64,000 nt of DNA from positions 85,374,001 to 85,438,000 of the forward strand of contig CM126218.1 of the NCBI GenBank assembly GCA_052327205.1, read 5' to 3'. Origin of the DNA: Somniosus microcephalus (lineage: Eukaryota). Of this stretch, positions 26,285-39,549 are shown in pieces. Below the pieces are notes generated by a model. The model saw only the letters and a program-made list of their open reading frames with translations, was not told where the DNA came from and did not search any database. A program made the translations under genes and the position numbers. Position 1 is the first letter of the stretch. Each line of letters starts with the position of its first letter.

Positions 26285-27390
26285 ACAACAACAACAACTT
26301 GTATTTATGTAGCGCCTTTAATGTAGTAAAACGTCCCAAGGTGCTTCACAGGAGCGATTATCAAACTAAATTTGACACCAAGCCACATAAGGAGATATTA
26401 GAACATAAGAATTAGGAGCAGGAGTCGGCCATTCGGCCCCTCGAGCCTGCTCCGCCATTCAATAAGATCATGGCTGATCTTCTACCTCAACTCTACTTTC
26501 CCAGCACTATCCCCAGATTAGGACAGATGACCAAAAGCTTGGTCAAAGAGGTAGGTTTTAAGGAGTGCCTTAAATGAGGAGAGAGAGGTAGTGAGGCGGA
26601 GAGGTTTAGGGAGGGAATTCCAGAGCTCAGGGCCTCGGCAGCTGAAGGCAGGGCCACCAATGGTGGAGCGATTAAAATCGGGGGATGCGCAAGAGGCCAG
26701 AATTGGAGATATCTCGGAGGGTTAGAAACATAGAAGATAGGAGCAGGAGTAGGCCATTCGGCCCTTCGAGCCTGCTCCGCCATTCAACGAGATCATGGCT
26801 GATCATCCAAACCCTAGCACCCGGTCCCTACACCAACAGCCATCCACGTATTTAATTCCCCCTAACACTAAGGGCCAATTTTTTTTAATTTTTATCATGG
26901 CTAATCAACCTATCTTTGGACTGTGGGAGGAAACCGGAGCACCCGGAGGAAACCCACGCAAACACGGGGAGAATGTGCAAACTCCACACAGACAGTCACC
27001 CGAGACCGGATTTGAACCCGGGTCCCTGGCGCGGTGAGGCAACAGTGCTAACCACTATGCCACCGTGCTGCCCACAGTTGTCAGACTGGAGGAGATTACA
27101 GAGATAGGGAGGGGGGCGAGGCCAGGGAGGAATTTGGAAACAAGGATGAGAATTTTAAAATCGAGGCGTTGCCAGACCGAGAACCAATGTAGGTCAGGAG
27201 TGATGGGTGAACGGGACGTGGTGCGAGTTCGGACATGTACAACAACAACAACAACAACAACAACTTGCATTTATATGGCACCTTTAATGTAGTAAAACGT
27301 CCCAAGGTGCCAAAGTCACCAAACGCTCCAGAGTTTTGGATGACCTCAGGTTTACAGAGGGTGGAGCATGGGAGGCCGGCCAGGATGTAT
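26285..27390 (-). mobile_element. L2 3' fragment(s) with nested CR1 3' ends (~26400-26512, ~26725-26830) and a V-SINE
   Basis: (aac)n tail, L2 3' homology resuming after each insert, and CR1 hairpin modules. Confidence 0.8.
26850..27073 (-). mobile_element. V-SINE (HE1-like), 3'-truncated
   Basis: Reverse complement of the 7799 SINE head and V-domain. Confidence 0.88.
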
Positions 27391-28049
27391 TGAAAAGCGA
27401 CTCGTTTTCCCAATTTTCCGAATGCGTTTTTTTTGTGGAAAAGTGATCCGAAACATCCTGAAATGTGACAGTGCCTTTGGTCGTCTGCAATGGTCTAGTG
27501 TGTCGTTATCAGGCAGAAAGGAAGCCAAGACCTCCACAGTGCATTGCAATAAAGGTTTCCGACTTGTAAATGACAACACGCTGAAATACGAGAGGCCAGG
27601 TGATCTTCTGCAAACTGTTAAACAAGGGAAAAAGTGAAGAGATAAAAGTTTAAACCGCCGCTGTTATCATTCCTGAGGGAAGCAGCAGGCAGCTGCAATA
27701 ACCCTTGTAAGGTCTCCGTACATTTGTTCTCATCAACCAACAACGAATCCTTCAATGATTAACAGATGGGCTTTCCAAGAGAGGCAATTCTAACAAAGTT
27801 ATTCTGTCGGTTTGACACGGTGTTAGGGTTCTGTGCACTTCCTGACCTGCTATTATTCCCTGAACCAATGAAAACGGTACGGTTTTATGATATTATTTGT
27901 GTAGCCCGTAACAGTGCAACATCACGCTCGGTCCCAGTCACACTCCTCGGAAGTGACCTCACCCACCACTTGTCCTTGATGCTGTACTCTGCGCTGTGTC
28001 GAGCTGGGTTTATAAAGTGCTCAGTGCGTCGGTCAGATCTTCTGGACAT

Positions 28050-28520
28050 TGAATCACAGAACAGTGCGGCACAGAAGAAGGCCATTCGGCCCATCAAGTC
28101 TGCGCCGGCTCCTTCGAAGAGCAATCCAGTCAGTCCCACTCCCCTCGCTCTTTCCCCATATCCCTGCAATTTTTTTCTCCTTCAATTATTTATCCAATTC
28201 CCTTTTGAAGGCTATTGATGTAAGAAAACTACTAGGCACTTGGTCTGAGTATTAAACAAAGCTTTAATCAACTGTTTTTCAACATGGAGATCTAGTTGTG
28301 TCCTTCACTAGTTCCTGTTAAAGAATGTCCTGAGCAAGCTGGGCCCATGCCCGAGTATTTATACTCTCCCTGGACAGCGCCACCAGCAGGCTGCCCAGCA
28401 TTACTTCATAAGTCATTTCCACATGAATGACAAGATTCATGTCAGCTACTATTGAATCTGTATCCACCGCCCTATCAGGCAGCGCAGTCCAAATCCTAAC
28501 CACTCGTTGCGTAAAAATGT
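28050..28520 (-). mobile_element. CR1 3' fragment split by a solo LTR
   Basis: CR1 3' UTR homology on both sides of 28216-28444. Confidence 0.8.
28216..28444 (-). mobile_element. Solo LTR, same family as 16447-16672
   Basis: End-to-end reverse-complement similarity; GCTAT/GCTAC flanks (5-bp TSD with one mismatch). Confidence 0.8.
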
Positions 28521-28789
28521 TTTTTGTTACAAACTCGTGCAAAGTTTTGCTAAAGGTTTGAATTAGATGGATTAAGATGGGCTTAAGTGGCCTTCCTAAT
28601 TCATAAATATCTTGTGATATTGTAAAGGTCAGTACTGGTATTATGACAAGACCTTAACAAGACGTTTAATTTATTGCTAATGTCACCAATATGGCAACTG
28701 GTGGCAAGAATAACCATGGGCCAAGAAGCAGCTCCTTGGCTAAAGTTCAGTCACTTTAGTTATTCTGAAAAGAATTGCTTCACACTTCC

Positions 28790-29152
28790 ATAAGACCATG
28801 AGAAATAGGAGCAGGAATAGGCCACTTGGCCCCTCGAGCCTGCTCCGCCATTCAATAAGATCATGGCTGATCTTGGGCTCAAAGCCACTTCCCCGCCCGC
28901 TCCCCATAACCCTTCACTCCCTTATCTTGCAAAAATCTGTCTATCTCCACCTTAAATGTATTTAATGACCCAGCCTCCACGCTCTCTGAGGCAGAGAATT
29001 CCACAGATTTACGACCCTCTGAGAGAAGAAATTCCTCCTCATCTCAGTTCTAAAACGACCCTTTTATTCTGAAATTATGCCCTTGAGTTCTAGATTCCCC
29101 CATGAGGGGAAACATCCTCTCTGCATCTACCTTGTCGAGCCCCCTCAGTATC
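28790..29152 (-). mobile_element. CR1 LINE 3' fragment
   Basis: Near-identical to 8884-9230. Confidence 0.88.
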
Positions 29153-29527
29153 TGCCATCATTTTTGGTTTTACAAATCTGCCTGAGTCATTTGTTTACTG
29201 GCAGACGGTGTGCCTTTAATTAAGAGGCCAGCACACGAGCTATCGTATCAAAAAAAACTCATTAAAATTTGTCGGTGAAGTAAGCTGCGCTCATCAGCTT
29301 CAGCGCATTTATAATCCATCTGGGTTTTCAAAGGTCTGAAGCGAAGGCCACAAGAGTTAATAGTTAATTATCGTTTATGAAGATGTGGAATGTTGTCATT
29401 ATGGGAGGTACGCTTTTAACCCTTTGTGGACTTAAGTAACATCTTGTTCCAAAAGTGAAATATATTGCACGATTTGTTTTTCGGTATATTTAAAGTACAT
29501 GTATTGTACACGCACCCATTAAGATAT

Positions 29528-29640
29528 AAAATCAGCAAATGCCGGACACACTCAGCAGGTCAGGCAGCATCTGTGGAGAGAGGAACAAGAGTTAACGTTT
29601 CAGGTCGATGACCTTTCATCCGCAGTATTTTGCTTTTGAG
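29528..29640 (-). mobile_element. Short Penelope pLTR remnant with a truncated hammerhead
   Basis: actcagcaggtcaggcagcatctgtggagag..gagttaacgtttcaggtcgatgacctttcatc, shared with the PLE ends at 43865 and 53649. Confidence 0.75.
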
Positions 29641-29674
29641 GCATTAAAGATACGTTTGGTTTTGTGCATTTTTT

Positions 29675-29955
29675 AAAAGTTTGTTTTATGGGATGTGGGT
29701 GTCGCTGGCAAGGCCAGCATTTATTGCCCATCCCTAATTGCCCTCGAGAAGGTGGTGGTGAGTCACCGTCTTGAACCGCTGCAGTCCGTGTGGTGAAGGT
29801 GCTCCCACAGTGCTGTTAGGGAGGGAGTTCCAGGATTTTGACCCAGCGACGATGAAGGAACGGCGATATACTTCCAAGTCAGGATGGTGTGTGACTCGGA
29901 GGGGAACTTGGAGGTGGTGGTGTTCCCATGCGCCTGCTGCCCTTGTCCTTCTCGA
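29675..29955 (-). mobile_element. Family-B LINE 3' fragment
   Basis: Reverse complement of ~4935-5210. Confidence 0.85.
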
Positions 29956-30189
29956 TAATCTGGCTTTACTGCATTTATCATTGGAAATGTGCAGGCAGTG
30001 ACCACAGCAGAATTTCTATAATACGTTCCCCTGTTAGAAGGAGCAAATCTCTCTTGGTACTCACGCAGAATGCGAATCTGTTTTTTAAGATGCCGTCGGA
30101 GTAAAGGTTATTTTTGTGCATGTTTGCGCTAATGAACTGCATTAGAAACCCCGCTCACATTGGCTGCACAAGAACACATGGGGAATTTT

Positions 30190-30563
30190 CTAGGCTGACA
30201 CTCCCAGTGCAGCGCTGAGGGAGTGCTGCACTGTCAGAGGTGCCGTCTTTCGGATGAGACGTTAAACCGAGGCCCTGTCTGCTCTCTCAGGTGGGTTTAT
30301 AAGATCCCGTGCCACTATTTCGAAGACGAGCAGGGGAGTTCTCCCCGGCGTCCTGGCCAATGTTTATCTCTCAATCAACATCACTAAAACAGATTATCTG
30401 GTCATTGTCACATTGCTGTTTGTGGGAGCTTGCTGTGCGCAAATTGGCTGCTGCGGTTCCTACATTACAACAGTGACTACACTTCAAAAAGTACCTCATT
30501 GGCTGTAAAGCGCTTTGGGACATCCTGAGGTCGTGAAAGGCGCTGTAGAAATGCAAGTCTTTT
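30190..30563 (+). mobile_element. DeuSINE lacking the tRNA head
   Basis: Deu-like core and L2-type tail. Confidence 0.85.
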
Positions 30564-30860
30564 TAGAGGTGGTCGCGCTCCATCTCTGTAACTTCTCCAG
30601 CTGTTTACATGTGTAAAGGGGGATTCCAGCACATTCCCGGCGAAGTTATCACAGCGGAGCGGGAGCAGCTTGGAGGATATTCCCAGCCCTATTGCCACAA
30701 ATTGACAAGCTGCATGGCTGCGACTGAAATGAAGGTTTGATTTTGCTGTTGACATAAAGAAAGCTAGGGGGCGAAGTGGGACTGGGCACGACTGCTCTTT
30801 CAAAGAGCCGGCACAGGCCCGATGGGCCGAATGGCCTCCTTCTGTGTTGTAAGATTCTAT

Positions 30861-31278
30861 GGGGTATAAATTCGGTGGGGCTCCCTTTGGGGCACTAGCG
30901 TCGCCGGGGCACTAATTGTAGCACCCCAAAGAAGTTAGCGCCCCTGCGCCGTAAATCCAGTGGTAGCGCCCCAAGCAGGAGGTGGGGCGCTACTGGAAGC
31001 GCTCCCCTTCCTTCTTGGGGCGCTACCAGTGAATTTTGCAGCGCTACGTGCAACAGTGCCACGCGCGTCAGCACGTAGCGCCGCGTCATTGCAGGCCTCC
31101 CTCCCCTGATTAAAGGGGAGGGGCCTAGCGCTGCGCACACCGGGGCCCTGCCGGACCACCGGGGAGTGGGGTGCCGGTGAAACACCCGGCACTCAAGAGG
31201 AGCTGAATTTCGGGTGGGGGGGGGGCGGGGGTAGGGGCTTTCCGCCCCGGAGGTGCAAAGCTACCCAATTTTCCACCC
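30861..31278. mobile_element. Harbinger-type MITE (418 bp)
   Basis: Imperfect TIR GGGGTATAAATT / (rc) GGGTGGAAAATT, TAT on both flanks, TAGCGCC motifs. Confidence 0.7.
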
Positions 31279-31281
31279 TAT

Positions 31282-32126
31282 GGGCAGGATTTTCATTGGG
31301 CCGTGGAGGCGGGATTGGAGGCATGGGGGAGGTTAAAATCCCGAAATCGGGGGTCCCAACCCCATCCCGCCCCCAACCCGCCTCCATGCCCATTTTAAAG
31401 GAGGCGGGTACCCGCCCCGCACTGGGACCCGCCTCCCCGAGGCGGAAAGGGGATTAGTGCCAATTAACTGCCTGTTAACAGGTAGTTAACGGGCAGTTTT
31501 TAGCCTAATCCCTATTTTTAATGTTGAAGTGTGGGATTCCCGATGGCTCCAAACCACACCAAGTTAGAGGAGGCGGACCGTCGGGATGAAGGGCTTGGGG
31601 GGGTCAAGATGTCCGGTGATCAGGTGAGTGATGGGTGCATGAGTGCAGAGGTAAGTGTGTTTGGTCTGTGTAAAGCATTTAAAGAAGTTTTACTTACCTT
31701 TACTTACCTTTACAGCCTTCCTTCCTTCAGGTCTCGGGAGTCCCTCATCTCACCGGCACAGAAAGCAGAATGGCTGCGAGCTGTCAAAAATTGCAGCATT
31801 CAGCTTTCTGTTCCGGGGAGATCTCTAAATCATCCTGAGAGGAAGGAATTAACTTAGAGTACAGATTGTCAGTGTTTGACAGCTTCAAACAGCTGTGAAA
31901 CGCTGATATTTCATCTGTCAAAAGGTCTTGACAGATGACATGTCAATCTGTGATGTCACCTGTTGCCGGGTGGCCCTTAATTGGCCTGCTGAACCCACTG
32001 GGCGGGCTCAACAAGGTCAATCAAGTCAAAATCGAGTGGGTTGGCTAGAACTCGATGGAGGCGGGACTACAACCCCGAAAGTTGTAGTCCCGCCTCCTAC
32101 CCGACTCCTCAATGAAAATCCAACCC
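31282..32126. mobile_element. Harbinger-type MITE (845 bp)
   Basis: TIR GGGCAGGATTTTCATTG / (rc) GGGTTGGATTTTCATTG, TAT TSD; second copy inverted at 62876-63718. Confidence 0.9.
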
Positions 32127-32284
32127 TATGACTCTACAGAGAATACTGATCAAGACCTTTGAGAAGACTACGGGGCAAATTTTCCCACTGTGTGCTCCTG
32201 GGGTGGAGCTTTGTCAGCCGGGATCACATATTGGGGAAATCATGCTCTGGCTCTCTGGGTCTCTAATGTCCACCTGTACGAACA

Positions 32285-32790
32285 TACAGCCTTCATCTGA
32301 GCGATAGCGCCTTTGACAGTGCAGCACTCCCTCGGTACCGCACTGAGGTGTCAGCCGAGATTGTTTGCTCGAGTCCTGGAGTGGGGCTTGAATCGGATTG
32401 CCCGGGAATCTCCGGGAATTGAAGATTAATCTCCAGGACACTGCTGCTGGCAAAAACCCGGGAGAACAATCATAGAACATTGGGTTTTTAAAAAAATTTC
32501 TTTGAACACTTTTTCTTATTAGTTATAAAAATCTGGGACATGGGAATAAAGGCTGTTGGACTGACAGTCAAGAATCATTCAACTGGGTAATGAAGAATCC
32601 ATTCGCTTTCCAATTGGCAGAGGAAGGTGGGGCATCGGACGACCAATGACAGGAGTGTGGGGGCGGGGCGGTGGGAGACAGGAAGTCATGTGATGACACC
32701 TCCAGGAGCACGTCCAATCAGAGTTGGCAAACCTTCGGCTTGAACCCACAACCCTCCGGCTCAGTGGCCAGGGTGCTGCCAACTGAGTCA
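32285..32790 (-). mobile_element. DeuSINE 5' part interrupted by a truncated DNA-transposon-like piece (~32393-32735)
   Basis: SINE homology at 32285-32392 and 32738-32790; GGCTTGAA repeated at both junctions; the insert ends in gttggcaaacct. Confidence 0.6.
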
Positions 32791-33217
32791 CGCTGCATTT
32801 GCAATGGGAGAGAAGGGGCTCATGACGAAGAGGTTGAGAAGGGGGCACTTATTCTAAGAGCTACTGTCGGCATTAGGACCCCAGGAAAGGCAAGGGCAGA
32901 CACTAAAGAGTTGGCGTTGCACTTAGTCAGAGGGAGTGGGTGAATTTATTTTCTTTAATGTCCGTCTTCCCTGCCGGGTTGGCCTGCCTCCAGTGCACAA
33001 ACCAGGACTCATTAGGATTAAAATGCACTTGGTGCGGAGGAGAGGACTTTACAAGATTGCTTATGGCTCTCTCAGTTAATTAAAGGGAAAAAAAAGACTT
33101 TATCTAATGCAACCCACTGAAAGGTCTAAAGTTACCCTTTGAACTATAAAATGCCATGTACAATCAGCTTGAAGCTCATACTGTTGCTCTATATAGTTCC
33201 ACATGACAAGGAATAAT

Positions 33218-33905
33218 GGCCCAGAAATTCGGGTCAGGGGCTTCCCCGGCCGTTGAGCTGTGGGCCCGCGTGGGATTCCGATCCTGGGCCTCCTCCAACT
33301 GCCGGCACGCAGTGCTTGCGTATCCCAGGGGCGCAGTTAGTTCGAAGTGTCCCCTGGGATCACGTGGGCCATGGAGAGCCAATGGTAGCAGGGAATGCTT
33401 CATTCATAAGTTTGACAGGAAGAGCTGTCAAACCTAGAAATACTATAAGCCCCAAAACATCACTAAAACTTCAAATAATTTTTTTTTTAAATCACATTTT
33501 TAAAATAAACTATATGAAATAACTATTTTAAACAATAATTTAAATTTTTGAAAAAATTAATTACATTTTCTAATGGGGCTAAAAATAAACTTACCTTTCT
33601 TTAAAGTATTTAAAAATAATAAACCTATGGAAAAAATGTTTTAATTTTAATTAATTCACCACTTACCTTGTTAAAAGCAGGCCTTGCGCCTGCTTTTTAA
33701 ATGTGTAACTTCTGGAGACTTACCCTCCCGGAGAAACCTGCAAAAAAAACGTAAGTTCAATGCGCACGCGCTGCCTCTCCTGCGCACGCGTTCGACCACT
33801 GAACCCCTTCTTTCAGGGGACCAGAAGTGCTGGTTTCCCACGCATGCGCAGTGCATGCACGAAACCGCCACTTTTGGTGGGCCTATGCGTGAGTACCCTG
33901 TGCGT
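33218..33905. mobile_element. Harbinger-type MITE, right end missing
   Basis: Starts GGCCCAGAAATTCGGGTC; its distal part matches the subterminal region of 49561-52021 (cgcatgcgcagtgcatgc, tgcgtgagtaccc). Confidence 0.7.
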
Positions 33906-34779
33906 CCGGTGGTTGTGAAAGGCGCTATGGAGATGCAAGTCTTTCTGTTGTGTAGTATTAGTCTGTGGTTCCTTCTGTAATCATAAACCTCAGCAACAGC
34001 TGCACTGCAGCTACTGATGTGAGACTGGCATTTGTTGCTTGCGATATACGCAGTTAGCAGATCCCAGTTACATCACCTGCTAGTCTCAGTCTGACTGGCA
34101 CCAAGGTGCAGCAACAATGGACCAAGCACAAAGCTCTGCTCCTCCTGCCGCTTATGTTTAATGCTAGGAATGAAAAGTGTCCACCTTGCCCTAACATTAA
34201 ATAGGCCCCGTACTAACTTCCCTGGAGAATCCAGCCAAGCATCGCGCCGCTGTTAAAGTACAGTTTTACACTTGGCTGCAGCTGGTGTAAGCTCAGACCG
34301 ACGTGATTCGGTCTGTCGGAGGGGGTCTCGCCCTATTTGAACTTATTGCTCTTGGCTGTCAGATCGAGATGTCACACCCTCATTATACCGGCGCTTTTTG
34401 TGTCGATGCGCACCTGAAACCGCTTCGCATTAACTCGAAAACTATTCGAAAATGAGATCTGAAATGTATCAAAATAACACATAACTTTTTTGTGAGATTC
34501 TTGCAAGGGCAGATTTAAAAAAATCAAAGTTCAGGTATAACTGTGGGTATAATTGTCTGAATACATTTATGGGCCAGTGTTAATATAATGTAATACGATA
34601 TATTTCTGTTAATAAGATGGTCTTTTAAATGGATGTATCAAAACAGCTACAAACTTTGTTTAGGGGTAAATACCATTGAGATACCGTGACAAACACCCAC
34701 AGATAGAACACCAAAGACTAAGAAACCTCCAAAGGCAATTGGGCAAAAATTCCAGAGTATTAATCATTATATTGGATTT

Positions 34780-35343
34780 TTAAAAATTCATTCTCGGGAT
34801 GTAGGCGTCGCTGGCAAGGCCAGCATTTATTGCCCATCCTTAATTGCCCTCGAGAAGGTGGTGGTGAGCCGTCTTATACAACTGAGCGGCTCGCTGGGCC
34901 ATTTCAGAGGACTGTTAAGAGTCAACCACATTGCTGTGGGTCTGGAGTCACATATAGAAACTAGGAGCAGGAGTAGGCCATTCGGCCCCTCGAGCCTGCT
35001 CCGCCATTTAATGAGATCATGGCTGATCATCCAAATTCAGTACCCTGTCCCTGCCTTCTCCCCATATCCCTTGATCCCTTTAGCCTTAAGAAATATATCT
35101 TATCACACATAGGCCAGACTGGGCAAAGATGGCAGATTTCCTTCCCTAAAGGAGCAGATGGGCTTTATGACAATGGTCACCATTTACGAGCTTTTTATTC
35201 CAGATTTATTTAATTAACCGAATTTAAATTCCCCCCCCCCCCCCCCAGCTGCTGTGGTGGGATTTTAACTCATGTCTCCAGATCGTAGGTCGAAGTCCTC
35301 TGGATTGCTCGTCCAGTAATATAACCACAATGCTACCGTACCC
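34780..35343 (-). mobile_element. tRNA-derived SINE with a family-B LINE tail (central domain possibly MetaSINE-type), split by a CR1 3' end (~34955-35103)
   Basis: rc head gggtacggtagcattgtggtt..gagttaaaatcccacc; core tttagggaaggaaatctgcc..gtctggccta..tgtgactccagaccc; 3' ~90 nt match the family-B end. TCACA(T/C)ATAG is duplicated around the CR1 insert. Confidence 0.7.
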
Positions 35344-36849
35344 TTCTTCGATATGAATCTAATGTCATAAAATACGGTAATGAACCTGTTGCATTCCCAT
35401 GATACACCGGAGCTAAAATGTCCTCCCAGTATTCGTGTGTTCTTACCCTCTGCAGCCTTCAATCCCCTTCAGTAACCAGACATCTGAGCAGCTGTTTTTT
35501 GAAGGACTTCATTGACATGGCATTAACCAATCTTAGTGGGAGTCTGCTTCACATAGCTGCCCTTCTGTGGGAAAAAGAAATCTTCTAATCTCCAGCCTCC
35601 CTTGATACAAACTGATTTCTATTCACGTCCTTTTGTCCTACGACTGCCACTTGACTTAAGTAACCTGCTTAAATCCACATTATTGATGCCTTTCAGCATT
35701 TTAAAAGGCCTGGATCGTGCCCAGAGAGTCACTCAGGAGGCACGCTAATGGGTTGGCTTCCCCAGTTTGCTGACTTAAAAAAATGAGTCAGACTTGCAGA
35801 TTCGGTTTCCCAGCAATGGGTTTTTTTTTTTTGGCAATTTCGCCGTGCAAGTCCCAGTAAACTGCAACCGGGCCGACATGCTTTCTGTGCCAGGTCCAAC
35901 AATGAGTAAACCGATTTTAAAAGAAACAATGGAGCTAATAAACAAAGGCCGCACATGCTGGAAATCTGAAACAAAATAGAAAATGCTAGAAATGCAAAGT
36001 GGGCTCGTCAGCATCTGAAAGAGAAAGATGGGTTGATTACATCGGATATACGGCACAGAAACAGGCCATTCGGTCCAACCAGTCCATGCCCCTGTTTATG
36101 CTCCACTCGAGCCTCCTCCCGTCTTTCCTCATCTAACTCTTTCTTTCTTTTTCAAGTCAGCTAATCTAATTTTGGCCGAGAAAACTTATTTTCTTTTTTT
36201 TAATGTTCTTAAAGACAAGCAACCTTACCAAGAAATAAAGGCAGAAAATGCTGGACACACTCAGCAGGTCAGGCAGCATCCGTGGAGAGAGAAACAAGAG
36301 TTAATGTTTCAGATGACACTGAACCAGCTTCCTGTGCAGCAATCTGGCCAAAAAACATTTCCTAAATTTGGGCACTTTGCGTTCGGGCTTTCCCTGTATT
36401 CTCTCGATCTAACTCTCTCCAGTGCACGTCGTGCAGTGACCACAGACGTGCTCATTTTACACTCGAAACAACAAAAAAACCAGCACTTTCACACGCGAGT
36501 GTCCTTGTGGTAACATCAATGAATGGGAACTGCAGTATCCGGCTTTATTGTGGATTGTGATGCTTTATCCAATCATAAATGCAGATTTGAAATAGTCCTG
36601 CTTTCTGAATGAAATCACCATGTATTTTCAGCCCTGGTGCATTGCTCAGTGCATGTCCTGCGTTAGCTGTGGCTACTGTCCCTGGTGCTGTGAGATGTTG
36701 CCGTGAATTGTTTTACATTTGTAGTAAATTGTCACCATCACTAAAGCAACCTCCTAAGTGTTAAAAAGAAATCGGATCATTTCATGGCAAATTGTACTGC
36801 ACAGAGGTAGGTGCATAAATTCAGGAATTTGAGGCTCAGCTTTTATACC

Positions 36850-37313
36850 TCCTGAATCTGAAGGTTGTGGGTTCGAGTCCCGCTCCAGAGACTTGCGCAC
36901 ATTATCCAGGCTGACAGTCCAGGGCAGCGCCGAGGGAGCGCGGCACTGTCAGAGGTGCCGTCTTTCGGACGAGGCGCTAAACCGGGACCATGCCTGTCCT
37001 CTCAGGTGGACGTAGAAAGATCCCATGGGAAGTAGAGCAGGAGAGTTTTCCCAGACCAGGAAAACATTCATCCCTCAACATTCATCCCTCAACAGCACAA
37101 AAAACAGGTCATTTTGTTATTCATCTCATTGCTGTTTGTGGGACAATGCTGTGCAATGCAAATTGGCTCACCACCCACCCCCCCCCCCCCCCGCCCACCC
37201 CCACCGTACCACATCCCCTACGATTCATAAGCACTTCATTGGCTGCAAAGCGCCTTTGGACGTTCTGGGATTGTGAAAGGCGCTGGAGAAATACAAGTTC
37301 TTTCTTCTTTCTA
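36850..37313 (+). mobile_element. Divergent DeuSINE
   Basis: B box gggttcgagtcc, Deu-like core and L2-type tail. Confidence 0.8.
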
Positions 37314-37414
37314 TTGCACTGATGATGTGCTCCATGAAAAGGCAGAAAGCAGCCTCCATCCCCCGTAAGAGAGTTCTTGTTCTCACCCAGGGCAGTATAA
37401 GAAGGTGATAAGAA

Positions 37415-37742
37415 AATAGAAACATAGAAGATAGGAGCAGGAGTCGGACATTCGGCCCCTCGAGCCTGCTCCGCCATTCAATGAGATCATGGCTGATCAT
37501 CTAAATTCAGTACCCGGTCCCTGCTTTCTCCCCATATCCCTTGATCCCTTTAGCCTTAAGAAATATATCCAACTCCTTCTTGAATATATTTAATGAATTG
37601 ACCTCAACTGCCTTCTGTGGTAGAGAATTCCACAGGTTCACCACTTTCTGGGTGAAGAAATTCCTCCTCATCTCTGTCCTAAATGGCTTACCTCTTATCC
37701 TTAGACTGTGACCCCCTGGTTCTGGACTCCCTCGCCATTGGG
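37415..37742 (-). mobile_element. CR1 LINE 3' fragment
   Basis: IETYKILTGLDRLDAGRM motif; 3' hairpin. Confidence 0.85.
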
Positions 37743-38479
37743 ATCATCCTTCCTGCATCTAGTCTGTCTAGTCCTGTTAGAATTTTATAAGTTTCAATGA
37801 ATCTGAGGCATTCTCCTTCTCTCTTGCCCCAACAGAACAAATATTTGAGTGTGGCTGTTGAGTTCGGGGTGGGGGGGGGGGGGGGGGGCACAAGGGAACC
37901 AGTTTAAATCTCTCATGGCTGCTTGTACAGCACCGTTAAGGGTACCACCTATCTAATGTCTGAGTAGGCCTTAGAGTCATAACAGCACAGAAGGAGGCCA
38001 TTCGGCCCGTCGAGTCCGTGCCGGCTCTCTGGACATTCCTGAAATGAAAATTGAGATGCCAAAAGTCTGATCTTTGAAACAAGAAGTTTACTTTCCAATT
38101 TCAGTGTCTTATGATATGTTGCTATATGGGTGTTAGGGTTTTCAACGGATTTTCAGCAGCAGCACAGCTCAAACTACAATCCCACTCCCTATCCCATTCT
38201 TATTCTGCTCCCCCGACCGCCATAAGCCAGCAAGTACCAAGTCAAGAAGCATCGGAGAGTGGGGCACAGGAGGCTGTTCAGTGGCGACGTATCAATACTG
38301 AGCACCAAGGATTGATAGGCCAGCTTAGTAGCGCACGAGAGGTTTGAGCAGGGCCGCTTCATGCTGATTTTCAAAGGCAAATGCAGAGAACGTGGGCTTT
38401 GTGACCAAAAGCTAACTGTCCCTGTAAAATACGAGTAGCTGCAATGTATGAAGCGGCGTGTTCCCTATGAGGAGAGAGA

Positions 38480-39183
38480 AAAGAAAGAAAGACTTGCATT
38501 TCTCCAGCGCCTTTCACGACCACCGGACGTTTCCAAAGTGCTTTACAGCCAATGAAGTACTTTTTGAAGTGTAGTCACTGTTGTAATGTAGGAAACGCGA
38601 CAGCCAACTTGCGCACAGCAAGCTTCCACAAACAGCAACATGATCATAGAATGGTTACAGTAGAGAAGGAGGCCATTCGGCCCGTCGAGTCCGTGCTGGC
38701 TCTCTGCAAGAGCACTTCAGCTAGTCCCACTCCCCCGCCCTTTCCCTGTAACCCTGCAAATTTATTTCCCTCAGGCACTTATCCAATTCCCTTTTGAAAG
38801 CCACGATTGAATCTGCCTCCACCACCCTTTCAGACAGTGCATTCCAGATCCTAACCACTCCAGATAATGATAATGACCAGATAATCTGTTTTACTGACAT
38901 TGATTGAGGGATAAGTATTGGCCAGGACACTGGGGAGAACTCCCCTGCTCTTCTTCGAAATAGTACCATGGGATCTTTTACATCCACCTGAGAGAGCAGA
39001 CGGGGCCTCGGTTTAATGTCTCACCCGAAAGACGGCACCTCCGACAGTGCAGCACTCCCTCAGCACTGCACTGGGAGTGCCAGCCTAGATATTTGTGCTC
39101 AAGTCCCTGGAGTGGGACTTGAACCCACAACCTACTGACTCAAGAGGGCAGGGGGTGGGGGGCACTACCCACTGAGCCACAGC
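38480..39183 (-). mobile_element. DeuSINE split by a CR1 3' fragment (~38644-38860)
   Basis: SINE tail at 38480-38643 and body + head at 38862-39183; CR1 VVRIWNALSERVVEAD in between. Confidence 0.85.
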
Positions 39184-39339
39184 TATGCACTCCATAGCAG
39201 GCAAGCGGAAATCCTACTTATATGGATTTCTCAGCAGTTTAGTTTGTAGCCTCTTAAGCAGGACGTGTATCCGTGTGTCTCAGCTGCACAACTGACCACC
39301 TCCCCGTCCAAAAAAAAAGCATGGTTTATATTTAGATGA

Positions 39340-39549
<210 letters not shown>

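Noticed and set aside
16447-28444. One LTR retrotransposon bounded by these two LTRs
   Set aside because: The LTRs are inverted, each has its own TSD, and no gag/pol lies between them.
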